Source of the DNA: a virus | Strand: one strand, 5' to 3' | Length of the DNA: 64,000 bases | Virus record (IMG/VR): IMGVR_UViG_3300018877_000003 | In this document: positions 17,018 through 24,908 of the stretch, piece by piece | How positions within the stretch are numbered: position 1 is the stretch's first letter | Layout: each line of letters opens with the position of its first letter | Program-made: the position numbers and the translations under genes | Notes under the pieces: model-generated | Databases searched by the model: none | Seen by the model: the letters and a program-made list of their open reading frames with translations, nothing else | What the model was told of the DNA's origin: nothing

Positions 17018-18889
17018 CTAGTCTTTTGTGGTTGGATATATGAAACCATCTGGCACAGGCCATTTAATTTCTGCTGATTCTCCCACCTTTAATCCTTTTG
17101 TTAAAGTTCTTTGAGCATTTGTGAGAGCCTTATGATAAGGATCGTTTTTAATTAAAACCAAATTCTCAAAATCATTTGTTCCACCATCATCTAGAGGGAG
17201 CTTGTGGTGAACTTGATAACCATCAGGAACAAGACCTTTTTTCATACTTTCAATATCTGCTTTAGTTAATCCTGCATTTATTAATTGATAAATCTTCTTT
17301 GGATCAACTGTCAAGTTCATAAGAAAATTTTTCCTAACAGAACTATTAAATTGATTTCTTAAAGTTTTAAATTCATCTCTATTACGTTTAGTGTAAGTTA
17401 TCTCTCTTTCAGAGACACTTTTTAAAGTAACGTTCTTACCTTTTAATTTCCCAATATATTCAGTTCCAATCTTTTGCATCGTGTCGATTACATTTTTATT
17501 CAAATCAGAAGCTCTCTTTATATAGTGAATGAGCTTATTTTTTATATTTTCACCATTTAGGGCATGGTAAGGGATTTTTGCTCCACCTGCAAATTGAACT
17601 TGAGGAGAAAGAGGGTTGTGTATTTGAATGTTTTTAAGTTTATTTATTTTGTCATGAATATATTTTTTAGAAGCTTCTACAGCTTTTGTTGTAGTCTGAC
17701 CAACTTTACCTGCTTTAGCGGCTTTCCCTACTTTATCAACGCCTTTTGTTCCAACAACTGATGTGCCGACCATTCCAATAGCATATGTAAACCATCTCGC
17801 TCTACTTTCTGCATCGCCATTGATAACATCTCTCTCAAAAGAGTCTTCTATCCCTTGTTTTATAATATTGAAGGTGTCAACAGGATGTATGATGGTATTA
17901 GCAATTCCTTTTAACGTTTCCATTGGATTAGTTAAGGTGTCCCAAATGCCAGTAGCAGTATCAACAACTACATCTTTCACTCCAATACCGATGCCAGTAA
18001 GAATGTCATCGCCTGTTTTGTTGAATTTAGCCAGATTGTAAATCACCTTCTGATCAGCAGTTAGATTGTCATAGCCAATCTCGTCAGCAATTTGAATATA
18101 TTCTCCATTATCTATAGTGTTATCAAGCTTTTTCTTCAATGCCTCTATTCGCTGTATTTCTTTTTCTACGGCTATTTTTTCAGCCTCTTCTTTTTTGATT
18201 GTAAGGTATTCCTGTGTTTTCTTATGGATTTCATCTTTGTACTTAAATGCTTTGGTGTCATAGTAAGCTTTTGCATTAAAGTTGATCGGTTGAGCATCCC
18301 TCCCTTTGCCTGTAGCGTCCAACAGGGCTTTGTTTCGCTCTTTGATATAATCTTGATTTAATTCCGATTTCTCGTATTCGTTTTTTAATTTCCAATCAAT
18401 TTCATGAATTTTGTCAACTGTATTGTCTTTAATCGCTTTTGCATTAGAGATATGTTCTTTAAAGTCTAATGTTGAAAAGACTTCTAACGGAACGATATCT
18501 TTTATATCTTCTAAGATAGTTTTAATCGCTTGCTTCTGTCCAACCACAATTTCATTCGATTTTCCATAGGCAACCTCTAGTTCGTTTTCTAAATAGGAGG
18601 TGTCAACAAATGTATCGCCCGAGAGACCAGCTTCTTCTAGTTTTCCAGCGATGCTATCAAAAAAAGCGATTTGCATGTCAATCATACCAAGCCATTCATC
18701 TACATTCCTAGCATGCTCTTTGTAAAAAGCCTTAATGTTGTCAGCACCTTCGCCTTGGAAATCATCTCCTAAGTTGGCTATTTCCTGAAAGGCGGTTTGA
18801 AGATTGACAAATTCTTCTCTAAGGTTCTTATATTCATTTGATCGACTTTCCATTGCGGATATAAGGGTTTTGGATTCATAAACTTTCAT
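17018..18889 (-). CDS. LXG-domain polymorphic toxin with C-terminal xHH-type HNH/EndoVII nuclease domain
   Basis: 623 aa. N-terminal LXG signature (FQGEGADNIKAFY), a long helical linker, and a C-terminal YQVHHKLPLDDGGTNDFENLVLI..DPYHKALT. Confidence 0.8.
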   Translation of the reverse strand: MKVYESKTLISAMESRSNEYKNLREEFVNLQTAFQEIANLGDDFQGEGADNIKAFYKEHARNVDEWLGMIDMQIAFFDSIAGKLEEAGLSGDTFVDTSYLENELEVAYGKSNEIVVGQKQAIKTILEDIKDIVPLEVFSTLDFKEHISNAKAIKDNTVDKIHEIDWKLKNEYEKSELNQDYIKERNKALLDATGKGRDAQPINFNAKAYYDTKAFKYKDEIHKKTQEYLTIKKEEAEKIAVEKEIQRIEALKKKLDNTIDNGEYIQIADEIGYDNLTADQKVIYNLAKFNKTGDDILTGIGIGVKDVVVDTATGIWDTLTNPMETLKGIANTIIHPVDTFNIIKQGIEDSFERDVINGDAESRARWFTYAIGMVGTSVVGTKGVDKVGKAAKAGKVGQTTTKAVEASKKYIHDKINKLKNIQIHNPLSPQVQFAGGAKIPYHALNGENIKNKLIHYIKRASDLNKNVIDTMQKIGTEYIGKLKGKNVTLKSVSEREITYTKRNRDEFKTLRNQFNSSVRKNFLMNLTVDPKKIYQLINAGLTKADIESMKKGLVPDGYQVHHKLPLDDGGTNDFENLVLIKNDPYHKALTNAQRTLTKGLKVGESAEIKWPVPDGFIYPTTKD

Positions 18890-18997
18890 GGATTCAATCC
18901 TTTCCCAAGCGATAGTTAGATATATTTTACCACTTAAGAGAAAGATTGGTGAAGAGGATTTTACTTTAAATCAATATTGTAGGGGAATATAGAGGTC

Positions 18998-19038
18998 AAC
19001 TTAAAAACACAATGAGAGTTGTGTACAGTTTTTAAGTT
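18998..19038. repeat. 41-bp palindrome A (11-bp perfect arms), probable terminator of the recombinase gene
   Basis: AACTTAAAAAC-19 nt-GTTTTTAAGTT. The loop carries the 16-mer ATGAGAGTTGTGTACA (19012-19027). Confidence 0.6.
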
Positions 19039-19044
19039 ATATAG

Positions 19045-19098
19045 ACTATGTTAGTTGTGGTTACAACGCTTTGCCGTTATGTTGTCAACTAGCATAGT
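19045..19098. other. 54-bp imperfect palindrome B, candidate attP or recombinase binding site
   Basis: ACTATGTTAGTTG (19045-57) pairs with CAACTAGCATAGT (19086-98) at 12/13 positions. There are inner ACAAC/GTTGT arms and a central TT at 19071-72. It lies 30 bp from the recombinase stop. Confidence 0.35.
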
Positions 19099-19127
19099 AT
19101 GGGTGAGCTAACATTCTCAAAATACGA

Positions 19128-20750
19128 TTAGCTGGCGAGGTATGTTTCTGATTGCTCTTTACGTCCTTTAATGAGACTGCCAATCACACCGACAATTGAA
19201 ATATTATATTGCTCACTTTCCCACTCAATTATAATTTCATCGATGAGCGAGGATATGATTTTTTGCTTTGTTTCAAAAGAAATCTTATCTTGATTCTTAA
19301 TTTCATTTTTAATCTGTCCAATAAATTTTATTAAATCCTTTTTATTCTGATTGTCGATTTCTTTATCTTGAATCTGATCCTCATATTTTGATATTTCAAT
19401 TTTGATTAACTTTTCTTTTTCATTTAGTTTTTGTATATCTAAATCCATTTCGTTCTCTTCAATATAACCTTTTTTAAATAATTGAAGTATTCTCTTTCGT
19501 TCTTTGGATATCTCCTCTAATTTAAACTTCAATAAATCGTATGCTTGTCTAACTGAATCATTTGCTCTTTCTTCTTTTCCAGCGTGAACAATTTTCGAAG
19601 GATCAAAAATAAAATCATAAATCATTTCCCAAATTTGTTTTTCAATTTCGTTAGCTTTTAAAATTTTTGAACAACAACTTTTTGCACCTTCTCCGAAAAC
19701 TCGACCATTCTTATTCACGCATCTATAATTTTTGTATGAATGTGTTGATGTAACCTCTCCTGTTACTTTTGATCTCGTTTTAGAAGTAGTTGTGTAGGAC
19801 GAATATTTTGCACCGCAGTGAGCACATCTGATCATTTTTCTCAAAAGATACTGATGTTTCACATTTCCTGAATGACTTGTATTTTTGACTCGTTGATTTT
19901 CTGCTAATGTAAATGTCGCGAAATCAACTATAGGAGGAACAGATACTTCGATCCATTCTTCTTTATCTCTATTTTCATAAGCTCTTTTTGGTTTACCTGA
20001 TTTAGTTTTTTCGCCTTTAATCTTTTTCATTTTTTTCTTGTTATAATAAAATTTCCCAATGTATGTTTCATTTTTAAGAATTTTATTGATGGTGCTCTGA
20101 TTCCACAAATGACTCTTTTTCATTTTTGTTTTGGCGCCCAATATGGAAAGTCGTTCACCAATTTCTCTGATCTTCAACTTATCATAAACATACCATTGGT
20201 AAATTTTCCTAACAAATTTTGCTTCTTCTTTGTTGATAACTAATTGCCTATCTACATAGTCGTATCCATAAGGTGGTACACGCATAGGCATAACAAATCC
20301 ATTTTTTACTGCCTTAATTGATCCTCTTCTTGTTCTTTTTTTGATTAATGCCAATTCATACTCAGCGATTGACGACTGAATATTAAAAAAGAGCTTCCCT
20401 TCTTCTGTATTCTTATACTCAGTATCAACAAAAACAAGCTCTACGTTACTTTTTTCAAATTCAGTACAAACAAGAAGTCGGTCAATCATGTTCCGGCTTA
20501 GACGGTCAGGATGAACGATGATAATTCTTTCTATCTTGCCCAATTTCACATCTTCTCTTAATTCATCCATCCGAGGTCTTTCAATATCTTCTCCAGAAAA
20601 ACCTCTTTCTTCATATTCAAGAATAAGATCATCAGGAACATTTAACTCTTTCGCCTTCTTCAAACAAGCCTCTCTTTGATATTCAAGACTTGTTCCATGA
20701 TCTACTTGCTTATCTGTGGACACACGTGTATAAATTGCTGTATATCTAAT
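19128..20750 (-). CDS. large serine recombinase (integrase)
   Basis: Contains AIYTRVSTDKQ (catalytic Ser), DRLSR, PPYGYDY, the zinc ribbon RCAHCG...YRC and a coiled-coil tail. The conserved N-terminus extends upstream of the track's GTG. The only in-frame start options there are ATT codons (20750 or 20756). Confidence 0.85.
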   Translation of the reverse strand: MRYTAIYTRVSTDKQVDHGTSLEYQREACLKKAKELNVPDDLILEYEERGFSGEDIERPRMDELREDVKLGKIERIIIVHPDRLSRNMIDRLLVCTEFEKSNVELVFVDTEYKNTEEGKLFFNIQSSIAEYELALIKKRTRRGSIKAVKNGFVMPMRVPPYGYDYVDRQLVINKEEAKFVRKIYQWYVYDKLKIREIGERLSILGAKTKMKKSHLWNQSTINKILKNETYIGKFYYNKKKMKKIKGEKTKSGKPKRAYENRDKEEWIEVSVPPIVDFATFTLAENQRVKNTSHSGNVKHQYLLRKMIRCAHCGAKYSSYTTTSKTRSKVTGEVTSTHSYKNYRCVNKNGRVFGEGAKSCCSKILKANEIEKQIWEMIYDFIFDPSKIVHAGKEERANDSVRQAYDLLKFKLEEISKERKRILQLFKKGYIEENEMDLDIQKLNEKEKLIKIEISKYEDQIQDKEIDNQNKKDLIKFIGQIKNEIKNQDKISFETKQKIISSLIDEIIIEWESEQYNISIVGVIGSLIKGRKEQSETYLAS

Positions 20751-20769
20751 GACAATTCATCTCCCGAAG

Positions 20770-20785
20770 TGTACACAACTCTCAT
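20770..20785. repeat. inverted copy of the 16-mer ATGAGAGTTGTGTACA
   Basis: Exact reverse complement of 19012-19027. Sits between the recombinase promoter -10 and its SD. Confidence 0.8.
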
Positions 20786-20789
20786 ATTA

Positions 20790-20818
20790 ATTATATACAC
20801 TATTATAGTATTTGAAAA
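20790..20818 (-). promoter_or_regulatory. candidate sigmaA promoter of the recombinase gene
   Basis: The - strand reads TTTTCA-17 nt-TATAAT. The predicted start falls at the edge of the 16-mer. Confidence 0.45.
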
Positions 20819-20867
20819 GAAAGAGATGAAAATCTTGCATTCACCTCTTTCTTATTATGTATTAGCA

Positions 20868-21053
20868 TCATTCTTCTACTCTATTAATTACTCCATTCAA
20901 AACTCCATTTAACCTTAAATCATTCCAGATTAGTTGATAACAATATGTTAAAGTCTTTTCAACATCGTCTTCATCAAAATCCTTTTGAATGAAACTAACT
21001 TTATTTAATTGACTCAATTTATTTTCACCTTTTCTTACACTACAAAGTGACAC
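20868..21053 (-). CDS. small acidic hypothetical protein
   Basis: 61-aa ORF (possibly 49 aa from TTG with an AAAGGTGA SD), directly upstream of the recombinase unit. Confidence 0.45.
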   Translation of the reverse strand: MSLCSVRKGENKLSQLNKVSFIQKDFDEDDVEKTLTYCYQLIWNDLRLNGVLNGVINRVEE

Positions 21054-21585
21054 TTAAAGATTTAGGATCAAGACGTATTACACTTCTTTGTCTCTTATTA
21101 GCATATTTAACTGTATTCCAAGTTCCTCCGGCTTCAACTCCGTCCCAAATTGCAATTAGAAATTTCGAGTTGTCTACCATCCATTCATTTCTTCTTTGCA
21201 TACACCAAGGTGTGTAATTTTCTTTTGATATATAGCAGATATGATCTGCATCTTTTAAAATATTATGATATGTATCTTTGTCTTCTCTCTTCCACTTTTC
21301 GCTTTGATTCATACAGGGGACTGCACAAATCAATTTAATATGTGGGTATTTCTTTCTTAAAGAAAGGACTACTTGTGCTGACCACATGTCTGATCCAAGT
21401 GCCATACCTGAGACAAATGTATCTATTCCTCTTCTATTAATAAGTCGCTCAACAAGGGTTTTTAATTTCAGAAACAGTCGCATATTCCCCTCTTCCAGAG
21501 GGTCATAGCCAAACAATTTATCTGGTCTATGACCTGTAAAAGCAAGGGTTTTATCAAAATTTATTTCAAATTGAAAGCAACTCAT
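21040..21585 (-). CDS. SLOG-superfamily DUF1273/YpsA-like protein
   Basis: Contains AFTGHRPDKL, SGMALGSDMWSAQVVL.LRKKYP.IKL, RRNEWMVDNS..LIAIWDG. Confidence 0.7.
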   Translation of the reverse strand: MSCFQFEINFDKTLAFTGHRPDKLFGYDPLEEGNMRLFLKLKTLVERLINRRGIDTFVSGMALGSDMWSAQVVLSLRKKYPHIKLICAVPCMNQSEKWKREDKDTYHNILKDADHICYISKENYTPWCMQRRNEWMVDNSKFLIAIWDGVEAGGTWNTVKYANKRQRSVIRLDPKSLSVTL

Positions 21586-22151
21586 TTCTTTTTAGATTTA
21601 ATTTGCTTTTTGCTTTGTTTTTCTTTGTTTTCCGTTTTAACTTTCTCTTCTTTTTTATTAATGATTTTCATTTGAAATGGTTTTTTGACCGTTTTAATTT
21701 CAAAATCACCTTTAACATTTAGAGCAATTTCTGTGATCTGATCAACTCCTTTATATTCGCCTTCATACAATAAAGGAGCAACATTCAACCCTAAATCTTG
21801 TCCAATTCGTTTTACTGCTGTATGAGGCAGGTATCGATCTGCTTCATTGTCAAGAATGTCTTCAAGCAGAAATTCACCTTTTTTTAACCACTTTCCTAAA
21901 AATGTATATCCATCACCAACATGAATTTTTAAATGGTCAACAAATTTATGAAATTCAAGAACAGATTCTTTATCGCGAGATGCAGAAAATCCCACGAGGT
22001 TGTTGACGACTCGTTTAAACGAAACGTTAATTCCATTAACAAATTCTCTAACAATAATTTCGTCACCTTTTACAAGGTTATCTCCTTTAGCAATAGATTT
22101 TTCAGCATCATTTTCATTTAGATTGATTACAACTTTGATTTGTTCGCTCAT
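21582..22151 (-). CDS. hypothetical protein, possibly a degenerate ligase-like nucleotidyltransferase fold
   Basis: 189 aa. EFVNGINVSF resembles ligase motif I (EKxNG) but lacks the Lys. Lys-rich tail. Confidence 0.6.
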   Translation of the reverse strand: MSEQIKVVINLNENDAEKSIAKGDNLVKGDEIIVREFVNGINVSFKRVVNNLVGFSASRDKESVLEFHKFVDHLKIHVGDGYTFLGKWLKKGEFLLEDILDNEADRYLPHTAVKRIGQDLGLNVAPLLYEGEYKGVDQITEIALNVKGDFEIKTVKKPFQMKIINKKEEKVKTENKEKQSKKQIKSKKK

Positions 22152-22155
22152 TTTA

Positions 22156-22575
22156 TTACTCTCCTTCTGTTGTTACTTTTAATTTTCCATTCTCTAAAGA
22201 AAAGAAATTGATTTGTTTTTTCTCGGTGTTAAAATTGACTCTGGTAATTATTGAATTTTTAACGAAATCTACACCATTTTTAGTAGACATTATTGATTTA
22301 TCTACGAAGATGTGTGTGAATTTTTCATCTGCTTCTATTTGTGCAATTGGTGCAAAATAAATCACACTTCCATCTGTAAAAAACTCTTTTCGCAATTGAG
22401 GTGAAGGCATTTGATAACCTGTTGTCTTTTTCCCTTCGGAAACCAAGCCTTTAACAACTTTCTGAAACATTGCCTCCCTTGCTCCTATAGAAGAGATATC
22501 TTGGCTATTAAAATATGTAATTAAAATTTTCTTTGGTTTATTCTCCATAATTAATATCATCAACTCCTTTGTCAT
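22156..22575 (-). CDS. hypothetical protein
   Basis: 139-aa co-oriented ORF. Start uncertain. Confidence 0.6.
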   Translation of the reverse strand: MTKELMILIMENKPKKILITYFNSQDISSIGAREAMFQKVVKGLVSEGKKTTGYQMPSPQLRKEFFTDGSVIYFAPIAQIEADEKFTHIFVDKSIMSTKNGVDFVKNSIITRVNFNTEKKQINFFSLENGKLKVTTEGE

Positions 22576-23842
22576 ATCTAATACATTTAAAGCTAGGAAA
22601 CCTCATAGACGGTTTACCTGTTTTTTCATCTTTAGATTCTTTGTGATATCGCACTTCAATAATTTTTCCACAGATTAAATCTGGGTTCTCTAAAAACTTT
22701 TTACGCTGTTCAGGACTAAAACCTGATCCAACTCCAACAAGATTACCTTTAAATTCAACATTAACATTCGACATTAGCCCTTCAAATTGTCCATCAATTG
22801 ATTTCTCGATGGACATCACAAGTAGGTCTGCTGTTTTAAATTCTTTAACTTTTAATAAATTAGCTGTTCTTTTGGTTACATAAAAACCATCTGCTGTATT
22901 AACCATTAATCCTTCGTGTCCAGCTTCCTCAACCCATTTCATTAGTTCAGTAATCATCTCTTTATCTTCTCCTGCATAAAGAACAGGTAGAATTTTTATG
23001 TGAGTTGAATTATTGTCTTGTAGAATACCGCTAAATAAATCAAGTTGATTTCTACGCTTTTCATATGTATTTTTTGATTTTCCATCTTTAAATTCTGCAA
23101 GAGGCAAAGTATCAAACATGTAAAACTCTAAATTTTTCTTTTCCCCATCTTTACGAATAACTTTTTGTGTTGCTCTAAAAAGATCATCCGATGAAAGATT
23201 GTCTTTATTTACAAGTAACAGCTCTCCATCAAAAACCCATCCATCTGGTAGGCATAGAAATTGATCTTCTAATTCAGTCAACCCGCTGATTTCTTTGCCT
23301 TGACGTGTGAAGAAATTGACTCTCCCTTCATCTTTAATAGCTACGCAACGATTTCCATCAAGCTTTAATGTTACATAGAATTTACCTTTAACTTTCGGTT
23401 CTTTTTCAGCATACGACTCCGCCAACATCACATCAAAACTAGGAATAAAACCTTTACCATAAACTTTATTAATTGTTTTTTCAGTAATCCCAACTTTTAA
23501 TTTTTTTGTAGCGATTTGTTTTGCTAACTCTTTTTCATCATCAGTTTCAAGTCTGTCCACAAAATATTGCACACTTAGAATATCTGTATCTCTGCCACTA
23601 TTGAGGCGCTTCAAATAATCCATCAAACCTTGAATGTCTCGAATAATCGTTACATATTCATCAAGCTTTATGTTTTTATTTATTTTCTTAGTCGAGATTC
23701 CAGTCACTATGTATGGGTTGAACACAAACTTTAAAACTTCTTTAAACAATTCATTATCTTCATACTTTTTCAGAATCGCCTCTTTACCGTTTCGAGATGA
23801 TTCATTTTTTAATTCGTGAAAAATCTTTACTAACTCCTTCAT
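22538..23842 (-). CDS. ATP-dependent DNA ligase
   Basis: Contains motif I LKLDGNR, motif III FDGELL, motif IV EGLMV and motif V LLKVK. Confidence 0.85.
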   Translation of the reverse strand: MKELVKIFHELKNESSRNGKEAILKKYEDNELFKEVLKFVFNPYIVTGISTKKINKNIKLDEYVTIIRDIQGLMDYLKRLNSGRDTDILSVQYFVDRLETDDEKELAKQIATKKLKVGITEKTINKVYGKGFIPSFDVMLAESYAEKEPKVKGKFYVTLKLDGNRCVAIKDEGRVNFFTRQGKEISGLTELEDQFLCLPDGWVFDGELLLVNKDNLSSDDLFRATQKVIRKDGEKKNLEFYMFDTLPLAEFKDGKSKNTYEKRRNQLDLFSGILQDNNSTHIKILPVLYAGEDKEMITELMKWVEEAGHEGLMVNTADGFYVTKRTANLLKVKEFKTADLLVMSIEKSIDGQFEGLMSNVNVEFKGNLVGVGSGFSPEQRKKFLENPDLICGKIIEVRYHKESKDEKTGKPSMRFPSFKCIRYDKGVDDINYGE

Positions 23843-23859
23843 TGATACACCTCTTTATC

Positions 23860-23878
23860 CATTATTAATTAGTTTTAT
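23860..23878 (-). promoter_or_regulatory. 19-nt element copy E (1 mismatch), abuts the ligase SD
   Basis: The - strand reads ATAAAACTAATTAATAATG-GATAAAGAGGTG. There is no credible -10. Confidence 0.45.
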
Positions 23879-23883
23879 ATTAG

Positions 23884-24453
23884 TTAAATAATTTCGTCTA
23901 CAATTCCATATTCCAACGCTTCATCTGCAAATAGGTAAAGCTCTTCTTTGTGCCGCTTTGTTTTATCCATTAGCTCTTTAGGAAGCTTAGTTCGGCTAAT
24001 GATATATTGATCATATCTGTCGCGAAGCTTTTCAACATGATCAATTTCACGTTTTAATCCTTCGACAGTGTCTTTTTGTCCAGTGGAAGCATCATGATAC
24101 ATAAAAGTAGCCAGTTTAGATGCGAAACGCTTATGCCCTGATACGTAAATATACAACCCAGCACTCATAGCTTTCCCACTACAGTATGTATGAATAGGAG
24201 TTTTACTGCTCTCGATAACACCAATTAGCATGTTGGCATCGTACAGCACACCACCATATGTATTAACATAAATTTTGATTGGTTTTGGTGTATATGATCT
24301 ATCTTTTTCTAATTTATCCTCATCATACCTATTGATTTCAATAATTTTGTCTACTAATTTATGAATGCTTTCTTCATTGACTGTTCCTCCAAGAATTAGG
24401 TCTCGTTTTTTGCCGCTACTATTTTGAGTATTATTTTTTTCTTTTTCTGACAT
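23884..24453 (-). CDS. ClpP-family (S14) serine protease paralog 2
   Basis: Contains VNTYGG, the Ser in GKAMSAG, the His in FMYHDAS and ADEALEYGIVDEI. Confidence 0.75.
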   Translation of the reverse strand: MSEKEKNNTQNSSGKKRDLILGGTVNEESIHKLVDKIIEINRYDEDKLEKDRSYTPKPIKIYVNTYGGVLYDANMLIGVIESSKTPIHTYCSGKAMSAGLYIYVSGHKRFASKLATFMYHDASTGQKDTVEGLKREIDHVEKLRDRYDQYIISRTKLPKELMDKTKRHKEELYLFADEALEYGIVDEII

Positions 24454-24480
24454 ATTAGATTTCCCCTCTCAATGTTCTTC

Positions 24481-24639
24481 TTAATTCAGCCAATCGTGAG
24501 CAAATGGTTGGTTAAGAAATTCCCCTATAATTGGATGCAGATCATCTGTAACATCTCTTCTCTCCAGAACCCCATCCCAAATGTTGATTTCTATGATAAG
24601 GAAAATTCGTCCATCTTTCAATTCAAATCTATGATTCAA
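24481..24639 (-). CDS. small ORF (52 aa, not in the ORF track)
   Basis: TTG start with a GGAGAG SD 9 nt upstream. Fills an otherwise empty 190-bp gap. Confidence 0.3.
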   Translation of the reverse strand: MNHRFELKDGRIFLIIEINIWDGVLERRDVTDDLHPIIGEFLNQPFAHDWLN

Positions 24640-24642
24640 TAG

Positions 24643-24894
24643 TCAAATCTCTCCATTAATTACAATCTCTTTTATGTCTTTTGTTTTAAGAATGAAACTT
24701 TTATCGTTATTATCTACAACCCATAGTGTGTTGTAATATTCTAATGAATTAGCTAAAAAGTTTGCAAGCTTGCTCTCACTTTCTCTGTATTCCAAAGCAT
24801 CAATAGAAGAACCGTCAGTTTTGTAAACTGTGTAAGAAAAAACTTTCAAATCAGGCTTCTTTTCTTCTTTTTTCTTAAAAAACTTTAAAAACAT
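24643..24894 (-). CDS. hypothetical protein
   Basis: 83-aa co-oriented ORF. Confidence 0.6.
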   Translation of the reverse strand: MFLKFFKKKEEKKPDLKVFSYTVYKTDGSSIDALEYRESESKLANFLANSLEYYNTLWVVDNNDKSFILKTKDIKEIVINGEI

Positions 24895-24908
24895 AACTCC
24901 ACCCCTCC

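Noticed and set aside
17007-17063. The longer start of the immunity ORF (MACARWFHISNH...), which overlaps the toxin 3' end.
   Set aside because: GTG 17006 has an AGGAGTG SD at proper spacing and lies 11 nt after the toxin stop. The extra 19 residues are just the alternative frame of the toxin C-terminus.
18890-19127. A host-prophage junction next to the recombinase gene.
   Set aside because: Both sides of the recombinase carry phage or cargo genes with the same composition, and the flanking palindromes are intact. The window therefore looks like the excised or virion configuration, and no bacterial housekeeping gene is visible anywhere.
20868-21053. The small acidic ORF upstream of the recombinase as its recombination directionality factor.
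   Set aside because: The only evidence is position and size. No motif supports it, and SPbeta-type directionality factors are encoded far from the integrase. It is mentioned only as a candidate for testing.
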